From Promethearchaeota archaeon (lineage in GTDB: Archaea > Asgardarchaeota > Lokiarchaeia > Sigyniarchaeales > SOKP01), in assembly GCA_048939995.1 (NCBI GenBank), contig JBHLOY010000012.1:16281-80280 (forward strand): 64,000 bases of DNA. Direction: 5' to 3'. The notes under the pieces are model-generated. The model was not told where the DNA came from. It saw only the letters and a program-made list of their open reading frames with translations, and did no database searches. Below, one piece after another: positions 20,641 through 30,225 of the stretch (positions within the stretch are counted from its first letter, which is position 1; each line of letters opens with the position of its first letter). The translations under genes and the position numbers were made by a program.

Positions 20641-22239
20641 TTAGGGTTTTTCTAATTCAAGCTTTTCTTCGATTCTTTTTATTGCGTTCGAAGCATGGAT
20701 TCTTACAACCCTGTGAAAGTCATTTATCCTTCGAAGTAATGCCTCTAGGGCTTTTTCTCCACCAAAAGTTTCTAAAAATTTAATTAAGCTTAATTTAACT
20801 TTAAAATCTTCGTCATCATTAACTTTTAGATATTCTATTAATGTCGCGAGATGGATATTCAATTCTCGCTTTAAATCGGGTGCTTGTTCTTTTAATTTAT
20901 ACCAATTGCGATGGAAAATGTTAAAGATGGCATCTACAGCCACCTTTTTAATTAGCCAATAAACTTCTTTATTATCTAATAAGCTAATTAAATCATCAAG
21001 AGGTTTAAGATTTCCAATTTTCCCTAGGGCGATAATTGAATTTTTCTTTATTTCCAAATTTCTTTCATGCAATAAATTGAGTAGTGGATTGACAAAATCT
21101 TCCTTTCCTAATTCGCCAAATAAAAAAGCAACACTTTCTTTAATAGTATCATTATCTTTTTCCAAATAAGAATACAGATGGTCATATCGTGGTTTTTTAT
21201 TGTTTAAATAAATACTTTTTACAGCATCTAATATAAATAACCTCATATCCAAGTCTGTATATTCAAAACTCACATCTTCTATATCTAATACACTTAATAG
21301 ATCGGGAATTGCTGAAACATCACCAATTTCTCCCAACGCTTTAATTGAAGCAACACTGACTTCGTTGTAAATATTATCGAGATTTGTAATTAATAAATCT
21401 ACAGCATCAGTTAACTTTAATTTTCCACTTAGTTTTATAGCATTTTGTTTAACTATAAAATCATCCATAAGTATAAGCTTTATAATTTCATCCTTAATCT
21501 CTGGTTCAATCAGTTTTGTAATAGTCAATATTGCATCCATTAACTCAGCATCTTCTTCTTTTAAAATCCGTGTTATCTCATCTAATAATATATTCTTATT
21601 TGCGATTAATTCTGAAATTACTTTTGGATATTTTTGTTTTAAATAACTTACATCTTCAAAAGAAATGTCAATAGTGGATAATTCAGTCCCAAGTAGCTTT
21701 ATAATCTCAGTATTATGCTCATCAGAGAATTCTTTTTCTTTCAGGGATTTTAATAGGATTTTAATTAATTTTTCAGGATTAAGGGCTATAAGTTGATTTA
21801 GTATAAAATCTCTAACAGAATTGTGAGGGCTATCTAACTCACGGATAAATAATTCAATTTCTTCGTCGTCAAATTTAATTTTCTTTATTGCTTTTAATAC
21901 AGAGAGTTTAATTTCCAAATTATCTGATTTCTCTTCTAAAATCCACTTCAAAGGTTTAAGGGCTTTATCGTATTTGAGTTTCCCTAAGGCTTTAGCAGCT
22001 TCGCATTTGAATTCAATACTCTCTTCAGAAACCAATATATTTTCTAAAGTGCTAAAACATTCTTTTATTGATAAAGGAGCTTCTCTACCCACTAAACCTA
22101 AATATTTTATAGCCCCCCTTCTTTTGCTTTCTACTTTTTCATTATTAATGATCTCTCTTAAAATCTTAATAGAATTGTCTATCCCAAGCTCCTCTCTTCT
22201 CTGAAATATTTCTTCTGGAGGAGGTTTTTGTTCTACCAT
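20641..22239 (-). CDS. HEAT/PBS-lyase repeat protein
   Basis: Repeated A..ALG.(I/L)G...A...L units. Confidence 0.88.
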   Translation of the reverse strand: MVEQKPPPEEIFQRREELGIDNSIKILREIINNEKVESKRRGAIKYLGLVGREAPLSIKECFSTLENILVSEESIEFKCEAAKALGKLKYDKALKPLKWILEEKSDNLEIKLSVLKAIKKIKFDDEEIELFIRELDSPHNSVRDFILNQLIALNPEKLIKILLKSLKEKEFSDEHNTEIIKLLGTELSTIDISFEDVSYLKQKYPKVISELIANKNILLDEITRILKEEDAELMDAILTITKLIEPEIKDEIIKLILMDDFIVKQNAIKLSGKLKLTDAVDLLITNLDNIYNEVSVASIKALGEIGDVSAIPDLLSVLDIEDVSFEYTDLDMRLFILDAVKSIYLNNKKPRYDHLYSYLEKDNDTIKESVAFLFGELGKEDFVNPLLNLLHERNLEIKKNSIIALGKIGNLKPLDDLISLLDNKEVYWLIKKVAVDAIFNIFHRNWYKLKEQAPDLKRELNIHLATLIEYLKVNDDEDFKVKLSLIKFLETFGGEKALEALLRRINDFHRVVRIHASNAIKRIEEKLELEKP

Positions 22240-22452
22240 TATGAGCTGTTAATTTATTATAAAAGCCAATTTTTTTGTTAATTATTATGATTTTAGGTCG
22301 TTCCTTTATAAAAATATTTTCAAATTAAATCAAAAGTCTCAAAAAATTCAGTAGAAAATAGATAAAAATTTTGAATTTATACTCAAAATTTTTTATTAAA
22401 TAACTTTTTATTAATTTATTCTTTAAATAATCAAAATTTATCGAGGCTTTTT

Positions 22453-23148
22453 ATGACTATAAGAAAATCTATAAATAAATTAAGAGCAAATATATTTGAG
22501 AAAACTATTAACTTAAAAATTGTCAGAATCTGCGGGATTATAGTTATTGTTACCTACCTATCTTTACTTATAATTGGTGTTTTGGTCGCTTCATTGTTAC
22601 ACCCCGGTGGTTATTCAATCATTGATAATTGGATTAGTGATCTTGGAAGTTTTAATCATACACCTGCACCTTATTTATACGATATTGCCTGTATAATTGC
22701 TGGTGTGTTCACTATCCCCATAACATTTTACCTGGAAAACTTACTTCTTCCAATTCCACAGAAGACAGTAAAAAATTATACTAGGTTGAGGATCAGACTA
22801 ACAAGCGGTGCTTTTATCTTTGGACTGATAGGAAGTTTAGCTTATATTGGTGTTGGTATATTTAGTGAAGATAGAAGTTATTTTGGGCTTCATGGAGTGA
22901 TGTCGGAATTAGCATTTGTGGGTTTTGTACTTTCTGCTTTCTTTATGGGATGGTTTATTGTGCTTTACAAAACAAGAGTGCCAAAATTATTAGGCCTTTA
23001 TGGCATTATTGTTCCATTTACTACTATCATAATCTTTCTGATATTCAGTAATGAATTATGGGAATGGTTACTCCTCTTTTCTATTCTTCTATGGATTATT
23101 CCGTTAGCATTATTTGTCTTTATAAAAAAGTTGGAACCTGAAAGATAA
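22453..23148 (+). CDS. DUF998-like membrane protein
   Basis: YSIIDNWISDLG, VGIFSED and H motifs; 6 TM segments. Confidence 0.75.
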   Translation: MTIRKSINKLRANIFEKTINLKIVRICGIIVIVTYLSLLIIGVLVASLLHPGGYSIIDNWISDLGSFNHTPAPYLYDIACIIAGVFTIPITFYLENLLLPIPQKTVKNYTRLRIRLTSGAFIFGLIGSLAYIGVGIFSEDRSYFGLHGVMSELAFVGFVLSAFFMGWFIVLYKTRVPKLLGLYGIIVPFTTIIIFLIFSNELWEWLLLFSILLWIIPLALFVFIKKLEPER

Positions 23149-23174
23149 TTAACTTAAAATCTTTTTTATTTTTT

Positions 23175-23855
23175 TTAGATATATTTTCCAAAAAAGTATT
23201 CCATTGCAAGATTTCGAGTATTCTTTAGATGTTTATTCACAGTAGCTTCATTAATTTTAAAATGCGTAGCGATTTCCTTCCCAGAAATTTCTTTTGGAGT
23301 TTTAAAATAACCCTTTTTTGCTGCATAACTAGCAATTTCTCTTTGTCTTTTTGTAAAATGAGGGAGAGGAATAAATGTTCTCCAAATTGCTTCATCAAAC
23401 TCATTAGTTTTATTAAGGTCAAACATCCCAATTATTTTAAAATCGTTAGTGTAAGATGATAGAATATCAAATAAATTTTCTATATAATCTTTATGGGAAA
23501 TAATAGAAAGCAAAACTAGTTCACTTGAGACCTGAATAGGAAAGAGAAATGCCCATGGACCTGAATCTATTATTGGAAAGAAACCAGAAGTCCTACTTTG
23601 ATCCATAATACAGATTATTTCATCTCCAGATTGATTTAAAACTTGCAAAGATTCAGGTTTAAAGTAGTCCATGATAAATTCTTTAATATCTATATTAATA
23701 TTACGTTTAAAACGAATCTTCTGCAAAGCAAAAAAATGAGTTTGGTCATATTGAAATGCATTTAAAATTTCTACAAATTCAACTTTGTCAAATAGATCTT
23801 TAAAACCTATTTGTTCTAAGAAATTACCTGGAATTTGTAATCTTACTATTTTCAT
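23175..23855 (-). CDS. Transcriptional regulator with C-terminal HTH_10 (bacterio-opsin activator-type) domain
   Basis: TKRQREI...A...GYFKTPKEIS..EIA..F.I...TV..HL. Confidence 0.85.
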   Translation of the reverse strand: MKIVRLQIPGNFLEQIGFKDLFDKVEFVEILNAFQYDQTHFFALQKIRFKRNINIDIKEFIMDYFKPESLQVLNQSGDEIICIMDQSRTSGFFPIIDSGPWAFLFPIQVSSELVLLSIISHKDYIENLFDILSSYTNDFKIIGMFDLNKTNEFDEAIWRTFIPLPHFTKRQREIASYAAKKGYFKTPKEISGKEIATHFKINEATVNKHLKNTRNLAMEYFFGKYI

Positions 23856-24010
23856 TTATATTCAGAATTTTCAAGAATTTTACCTTGTTTAATTAAATTT
23901 TCTCATAATTTTTATAGGTTGCGATTGCTACCATTTAACTCTTTAGATAGTAATAATTATATAAAATAGGGTTTTTGTTTTGGTTTTGCAGTCTAACTTA
24001 ATTTATAGTA

Positions 24011-25162
24011 ATGAAGGAGGAGAAATATTTGAAAATTTTAATAACAGGAGCATTTGGCAACGTTGGATTAAGCTCACTAAAAGAGTTACTTAAGAAAAAC
24101 CATGAAGTAAGAGTAATTGAAATAAATAGTAAAAAGAATAAAAGATTAGCTAAAAATTTCAAAAATGAAATAGAAATCATATGGGGAGATCTTAGAAATA
24201 GTAAGGATGTTGAAAAAGCTGTAGAAGGGCAAGATTTAGTTATTCATTTAGCCGCTATCATTCCTCCTTTGGCGGACTACCATCCAGAATTAGCAGAAGC
24301 CGTGAATGTTGGAGGAACTATTAATCTTTTAAATGCAATTAAAAAACAAGATAAACTACCAAAATTAATCTTCACCTCCTCAATTGCAGTATATGGAGAT
24401 AGAAGAATGAATCCAATGATTAGTCTTAAAGATCCTTTAAATCCAAATGAAGGAGACTTTTATGCTTTTACAAAAATATCAGCTGAAAAGGCTATTAGAG
24501 AATCTGGAATAGACTTTGCTATTTTTAGATTAACTTACATCACCTCAGTCAATAAACTTGATATGGATCCATTAATGTTTCATATGCCCTTAGATACATG
24601 CATAGAAATATGTGATTCTAAAGATGTTGCCTTGGCATTATCTAATGCAATTGAATGTAATCAGATATGGGGTGAAACATTTCACATAGCTGGAGGGGTG
24701 CGATGCAGAACTACTTATAGAGAATACATTAATAAAATGATGGAAATCTTTGGATTGGGGAAAAATTTTTTACCTGAACAAGCTTTTGCTAAGAAAGATT
24801 TCCATTGTGGTTATATGGACACCAAAAAGTCCCAATACCTATTAAATTATCAAACTCATACACTAGACGATTATTTTAATGAAGTAAGAGAAAAAGTAGG
24901 ATCGAAAAAACATTTTATGAAAATATTTAAAAATGCAATAAAAGTTCTGTTATTGAAAAGCTCAGAACCATACCGTAAGTATAGATTCTTTAAACATAAA
25001 TTAGGAGCATTCACTGTATCTGAGAACAAGCTTATAAGGAAGTTATTATCTAGTAACTATGAAAAGATTGATCTCCTTGAACATAGAATTATTCAATTAG
25101 AAAATGTAATTCAAAAGTTAACTGAAAATGATCCCAAAAATGAAATAATGACAATTAATTGA
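24011..25162 (+). CDS. NAD-dependent epimerase/dehydratase (extended SDR, 3-beta-HSD-like)
   Basis: TGAFGNVG, HLAA, TSS, YAFTK. Confidence 0.9.
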   Translation: MKEEKYLKILITGAFGNVGLSSLKELLKKNHEVRVIEINSKKNKRLAKNFKNEIEIIWGDLRNSKDVEKAVEGQDLVIHLAAIIPPLADYHPELAEAVNVGGTINLLNAIKKQDKLPKLIFTSSIAVYGDRRMNPMISLKDPLNPNEGDFYAFTKISAEKAIRESGIDFAIFRLTYITSVNKLDMDPLMFHMPLDTCIEICDSKDVALALSNAIECNQIWGETFHIAGGVRCRTTYREYINKMMEIFGLGKNFLPEQAFAKKDFHCGYMDTKKSQYLLNYQTHTLDDYFNEVREKVGSKKHFMKIFKNAIKVLLLKSSEPYRKYRFFKHKLGAFTVSENKLIRKLLSSNYEKIDLLEHRIIQLENVIQKLTENDPKNEIMTIN

Positions 25163-25184
25163 AGAAGATACCTTAAAGGATTAA

Positions 25185-25853
25185 TTATGGATATAATATA
25201 AAGAGATAATTTAAGAGGATACTATAAATGAAATTTGTAGCAAATGCGGTTAACCCTAAAATCCCTACAACCAAAAGATTTTTATGTTTATTTTTAGCTC
25301 CGTCAATTATTAATAAAATAAAAGCATTCAGGTTTACAATAATAAAGCTAAATCTAACAAAATTGTAAATGTTATTTTGTATGATAGGGAAACCGTAAAG
25401 TAAACTTATAACTGCTAATATACTCTCAACAATCATTACAAAACCATAATAACTCATCCAAAGAATCCCAGCAATCATCGAATATACATTAATCTCTTCC
25501 TTATTTCTTTTACCAAAAACATAAAAAAAGACTCCATAAGCAATAAAAAATGGTACAGATGACATTAATTCAAAAATAAGGATATAACTAATTAAAATTA
25601 GGGTCTCAAATGCAGTTTCTGAGTAAGCTTGAACTCCTGGAAGTGCAAAAGGTAATAATTTAAAAATAATTATTAAAATCCCTGCAACCTTTAATAAGTT
25701 TGAAGATTGAATTGTTTCCTTTCGAGATCTATGAACCCTAAATAGGAAAATGGAAATAATAATTGCAAAATTTGCTGAGATTATCGCTGGTACGACAGTA
25801 TAAAGAAAAATAAATAAATTAAGATATTGAAAATAGCCAAATATAATCGTCAT
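25185..25853 (-). CDS. Hypothetical polytopic membrane protein
   Basis: About 6 hydrophobic segments. Confidence 0.65.
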   Translation of the reverse strand: MTIIFGYFQYLNLFIFLYTVVPAIISANFAIIISIFLFRVHRSRKETIQSSNLLKVAGILIIIFKLLPFALPGVQAYSETAFETLILISYILIFELMSSVPFFIAYGVFFYVFGKRNKEEINVYSMIAGILWMSYYGFVMIVESILAVISLLYGFPIIQNNIYNFVRFSFIIVNLNAFILLIIDGAKNKHKNLLVVGILGLTAFATNFIYSILLNYLFILYP

Positions 25854-26223
25854 TTAAAATACCTTTTGAACTTGGATTTACTTAATTATAAGAAAATTCG
25901 ATTAAAAACCTTTTTTATATTATGATTAAATCCAATTATTTTTTAGTTTTATATTATTTAATTTCTCAATCAATTAACGTATAGTTTTCAAAATAGGATA
26001 AAACTACCTATTTCTTTAATTTAACTTTCAGATTTAACTTATAACGCTAAATAACAAATTATTTAAATAAATACAACATAAGAATTAAAATGAGTATAAA
26101 AAAAATAAGCTTCTCGATATTTAATATATTTTCAATATCAGAAGTTTATCAATATCAGTTTTTAAAAAAGCTAAGTAAAGATATAGACATAATTGTTAAT
26201 CAAGAGGTGGATGTGTAAAGAAG

Positions 26224-28167
26224 ATGGAAAAATCTGATACTCAACGGATTGGATACTATGCTTGTCAATGAGGAATAAATATTCGTGGAAAAGTTGATTG
26301 CAGTAAGCTAGTGGAATACGCTAAAGATATAGATGGAGTTGTTGTTTCTAAGCAACACAGCTTCCTCTGCACTGAGAGTGGACAAAACGAAATTATCGAA
26401 GATATCAAAGAAAAGAAACTTAGTTGCATTGTTGTTTCTGCTTGAACTCCACGTACTCATGAACCTGTTTATAGAGGATCGATCGCTAAAACTGATTTAA
26501 ACCCCTATTACTTTCAAATGGTAAATGTGCGTGAACATTGTTCTTGGTGCACTGAAAGTAATGAAGAGGCTTTAGAAAAAGCTAAAATTCTAGTAAAGAG
26601 TGGTATTGAACGTGGAAAGTTATTAGAAGTCGTTCCAATTAGAACTGTTCCTGTAGAGAAGGCCACTTTAGTTGTGGGTGGAGGAATAGCAGGTATGAAT
26701 GCAGCTTTGGACCTTGCAAATCAAGGAATTAAAGTATATTTAGTTGATAAAAATACAACCATTGGAGGTCGAATGGCGCAATTAGACAGAACATTTCCTA
26801 CGGACGACTGTGCTATTTGAATTTGCGGGCCTAAGATGCTTGAAGTAAATCGTAATGAAAATATTGAGATTCTTAGTTATTCAGAAGTTAAAAAAGTCGA
26901 AGGTTATGTGGGTAATTACGAAATTACTATTGAAAAGAAGCCTCGATATATAAATCCAGAAACTTGTAACGGATGTGGAGCCTGCGCAGAAGTCTGTCCA
27001 ACCTACACTACAAATTACTTTGATGAATATTTAGGAGCAAGGAAAACAATTGATATTGCTTTTGGTCAGGCAGTCCCTTTTCTATATGATGTTAATAGAG
27101 ATACTTGCGTGGAATGTTTTAATTGTGTCGATGCTTGTGAGTTAGATGCAATAGATTTCAGCCAAATACCAGAAGAAGTTAAATTTAAAGTTGGAACCAT
27201 TATCATTGCTACTGGTTGGGATATATATGAACCATACGGAGAATACGGCTATGGGGAATATGCCAATGTAATTACCCAATCTCAACTCGAGCGAATGTTG
27301 GCTCCAAATGGACCATTAGAAGGACATGTTCGAAGAATTTCCGATGATAAAAAATTGAATGAGATTGTTTTTATTCAATGTGTTGGAAGTCGAGATACTG
27401 AAAGAACTTACTGTAGCGGTGTCTGTTGCATGCTTGCTTTAAAAAATGGAAAGTTACTTAAGGAAGAATTTCCTGATGCTAATATTACTATTTGTTATAT
27501 TGACATTAGGACTAATGAGAAAGGTTTTGAAGAATATTACCAACGAGCTAAGGATTCGGATATTCGAATGATTCGTGGTAAAGTAGGTGAGATTTCAGAA
27601 GATCCAGATACAAAAAATGTTAAGATACGTGTATATTCGTCGTTAACTGATGAAATAATTAACATCGATGCCGATTTAGTGGTTTTGTCAACAGCAGCAT
27701 TACCATCTAGAGGCACTCAACAAATTGCAAAGGTTTTAAATTTAGATACTGATAAAAATGGATTTCTAACTGAATCCCACTTCGGTTTAATGCCACAAGA
27801 AACAAAAACTAAGGGTATTTTTATAGCTGGATTCGCACAAGGACCTAAAGATATCGCATATTCAGTGTCACAAGCAAGAGCAGCTGCGAGTAAAGTTGCC
27901 GAACTAACTTCTGCTGGTGAAATTGATCTCGAATTAATTGTGGCGGAAGTAGATAAAGATTTCTGCATTTCATGTAAAAGGTGTGAAAAGGAATGCCCAA
28001 AAGGTGCAATAAAGATTCTAGACAAAGAGGGAGCTGTTGTAGATGAAATTAATTGTGATGGATGTGGTATATGTGCTTCCTGCTGCCCAACTCGGGCAAT
28101 TGATATACGATATTACAGAGATTATCAGTTATATGCTGAAATTGAAGCACTACTAGGAGGAGATTAA
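26224..28167 (+). CDS. hdrA: Selenocysteine-containing heterodisulfide reductase subunit A (647 aa; Sec16, Sec74, Sec199)
   Basis: One frame from ATG 26224 to TAA 28167 with TGA at 26269 (RIGYYACQ*GINI), 26443 (VVSA*TPRTHE) and 26818 (FPTDDCAI*ICGPKM). The paralogue at 32617 has Cys at all three (ICHCGINI, VASCTPRTHE, NDCSLCILAPKM). Joins ORF-track fragments 26518-26820 and 26836-28167. Confidence 0.93.
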
Positions 28168-28171
28168 ACAA

Positions 28172-28612
28172 ATGGAGAAAAATTTTAATATATTAATGTT
28201 TGCTTGCTTAAAGTGAGGTTATAGTGCTGCTGATTTAGCTGGTGTCTCTCGTTTAAAGTATACTCCTTCAGTAAAAATCATAAAAGTTAGGTGCACTGGG
28301 CGAGTTGACTTAAAGCACATTTTATATGCTATTAAATCTGGAGCTGATGGGGTAATGATAGTTGGATGACGACCAGATGAATGTCAATTTAAGAATGGCA
28401 ATTTTAAAGCTCAAACTCATGTCGATTTAGCCAATAGAATATTAGAACGCAGAGGATTTGGAAACCAGAGAGTTAATCAATATTGGTTAAGTGGTGCTGA
28501 ATCTGAAAAATTAGTTAAAAGTGTTGAAGATACAATGGAAAAAGTGAGTCGCATGGGTAAAAATCCTATCCACGAAAAAAAAACAAAAAAAGTAAAAAGT
28601 GCAGCCTCTTAG
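28172..28612 (+). CDS. mvhD: Selenocysteine-containing MvhD/VhuD [2Fe-2S] subunit (146 aa; Sec15, Sec66)
   Basis: Absent from the ORF track. MEKNFNILMFACLK*GYSAADLAGVSR...VRCTGRVD...GADGVMIVG*RPDECQF...; TGA at 28214 and 28367 align to Cys in the paralogue at 35720 (FCCNWCSYAGADLAG; GCHIGDCHY). GGAGG SD at 28156; TAG stop. Confidence 0.93.
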
Positions 28613-28652
28613 AATGACTCTTATAAAAAAATATTCGTTATAAGATGACTAA
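28609..28652 (+). promoter_or_regulatory. SECIS element, eukaryote-like kink-turn type
   Basis: TTAG-AAT-GA-C-TCTTATAA-AAAAATATTCG-TTATAAGA-T-GA-CTAA: helix I TTAG/CTAA, 3-nt bulge, tandem G.A/A.G (ATGA at 28614-17, GA at 28647-48), perfect 8-bp helix II, A-rich apical loop. Confidence 0.85.
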
Positions 28653-28724
28653 CCATGTGTTGGTGTAGAGGTATTTTAATAGAATTAAATTTCAATTGTT
28701 AATAAATAAAATAGAAGAAAAAAT

Positions 28725-30224
28725 ATGGTACAGGTTGTGAATGAGAAATCATTCAGTGGAATTTCTCCAAAAAATTTGCTTGAAGCAACATTTAAGGCGT
28801 CCGAAAATTTCCAAATTAGAGCTTTTTATGAATCAAAAAAGGAGATATTAAACACATCCAAATATACCGAAAGTGAATTTTTTGAAATATATGATGCAAT
28901 GTTAGATGCGGAAACAGAAAGAAGGATTGTCTTAGAGAGGCTTAGAGGAAATAAACCATTATTTTTAGAAGAAATAATTAAGCTTATAAAAGAATTTCCT
29001 CCTGATAATGTTGTAAGAGATGTTATCTATTTAAAAGAACAAGGTTATATCGAGGAACAGGTCGAGATTAAAACTAAATTAGTCATAAAAAAAATAAAAG
29101 GAGAAGAAAAAGAAGTAGAAGAAAAAGAATATTTTTATAGATATCAAGTGAAAAATTTATCAGAGGATTTTGTTGAAAAATATTTTGAACCCGTTTCAAT
29201 CGTGTTTGAAGCAGAAGTATGTTGTCAATGTGGTTGGTGTTCTTCTATATGTCCAGTGAATGCAATAAGTGTGACATCAGATTTGCTTGAAATTGATGAA
29301 GACAAATGTATGAAATGTGGTTTATGTTTTTCGGTGTGTCCTCGTTCATTTTCAATTGATCAAGCCTATAAAACTATCCGGCAATTGGATAAAAAACTTA
29401 ATTGGTCAGATAAAATTGGAGGCTATTTTAATGCGTATTCGGGTTCAACAACAAAAGATGCAATAAAAAAGGTGAAACAGGATGGAGGTGTGGTAACCTC
29501 ATTATTAGAATACTTATTAGAGAATAAGTTAGTGGATGCCATAATTGCTGTCAAACATTCAAAGGATTTATGGAAACCTGAACCAGTAATCGTCGATAAT
29601 GTTAAGGATCTTTACATTACTGGTGGTACTAAATATGCAAACGCTGCTACATTATCATTCATCGAAGCAGCTAAAAATTATGAAAGAATTGCTGTCGTGG
29701 GAGTACCTTGTATGATGAAGGCAATTGAAAAAGGTATTCTCTTTCCAAGTGGACTCCCTTTCTTCAAAAATATCAAATATACAATTGGATTATTCTGCAT
29801 GGAATCCTTTCCTTATGAAGGAGTAGTACAATTAACTAAAGACAAATTTGATAAGGATATTAATGATCTAACAAAAATGAATATTGATAGTGGAAAATTC
29901 ATTATTAAATTGAAATCTGGAGAAGAATTGAGTGTAGATTTGAAAGAAATTAAATCATATGCTCGTCATAATTGTCACTATTGTGAAGATTTAACTTCAG
30001 ATTATGCTGATATTTCTGTTGGATCAATAGGTTCTCAAGGAGGTTGGTCTTCAGTTGTTACTCGATCTAAAGAAGGAGATGAGATTTATCAAGGTGCTAT
30101 AGATGCTGGATTGATTGAATCTCAAAGTTTAAAAGATGTAAAACCGGGGCTAGGACTTTTGGAACGAATTGCTGGAACAAAACGAAAAAATTGCAAATTG
30201 ATTGAACTTAAAAGGAGTGAATAA
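28725..30224 (+). CDS. FrhB/FdhB-family protein with N-terminal helical/winged-helix extension and ferredoxin domain
   Basis: CCQCGWCSSICP, CMKCGLCFSVCP, QDGGVVT, VGVPC, IGLFCME, CHYCED...ADISVGSIG. Confidence 0.88.
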   Translation: MVQVVNEKSFSGISPKNLLEATFKASENFQIRAFYESKKEILNTSKYTESEFFEIYDAMLDAETERRIVLERLRGNKPLFLEEIIKLIKEFPPDNVVRDVIYLKEQGYIEEQVEIKTKLVIKKIKGEEKEVEEKEYFYRYQVKNLSEDFVEKYFEPVSIVFEAEVCCQCGWCSSICPVNAISVTSDLLEIDEDKCMKCGLCFSVCPRSFSIDQAYKTIRQLDKKLNWSDKIGGYFNAYSGSTTKDAIKKVKQDGGVVTSLLEYLLENKLVDAIIAVKHSKDLWKPEPVIVDNVKDLYITGGTKYANAATLSFIEAAKNYERIAVVGVPCMMKAIEKGILFPSGLPFFKNIKYTIGLFCMESFPYEGVVQLTKDKFDKDINDLTKMNIDSGKFIIKLKSGEELSVDLKEIKSYARHNCHYCEDLTSDYADISVGSIGSQGGWSSVVTRSKEGDEIYQGAIDAGLIESQSLKDVKPGLGLLERIAGTKRKNCKLIELKRSE

Positions 30225-30225
30225 G

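Noticed and set aside
26090-26118. Possible 5' SECIS (ATGA...GA) upstream of hdrA
   Set aside because: No continuous stem between the two GA elements
26211-26237. 8-codon uORF (MCKEDGKI-TGA) overlapping the hdrA start as a selenium sensor
   Set aside because: Its ATG directly abuts the SD-like GAGGTGG and there is no other support; probably chance
26224-28612. hdrA/mvhD as pseudogenes
   Set aside because: All five interruptions are TGA at conserved Cys positions, there are no frameshifts, and a SECIS-like hairpin follows
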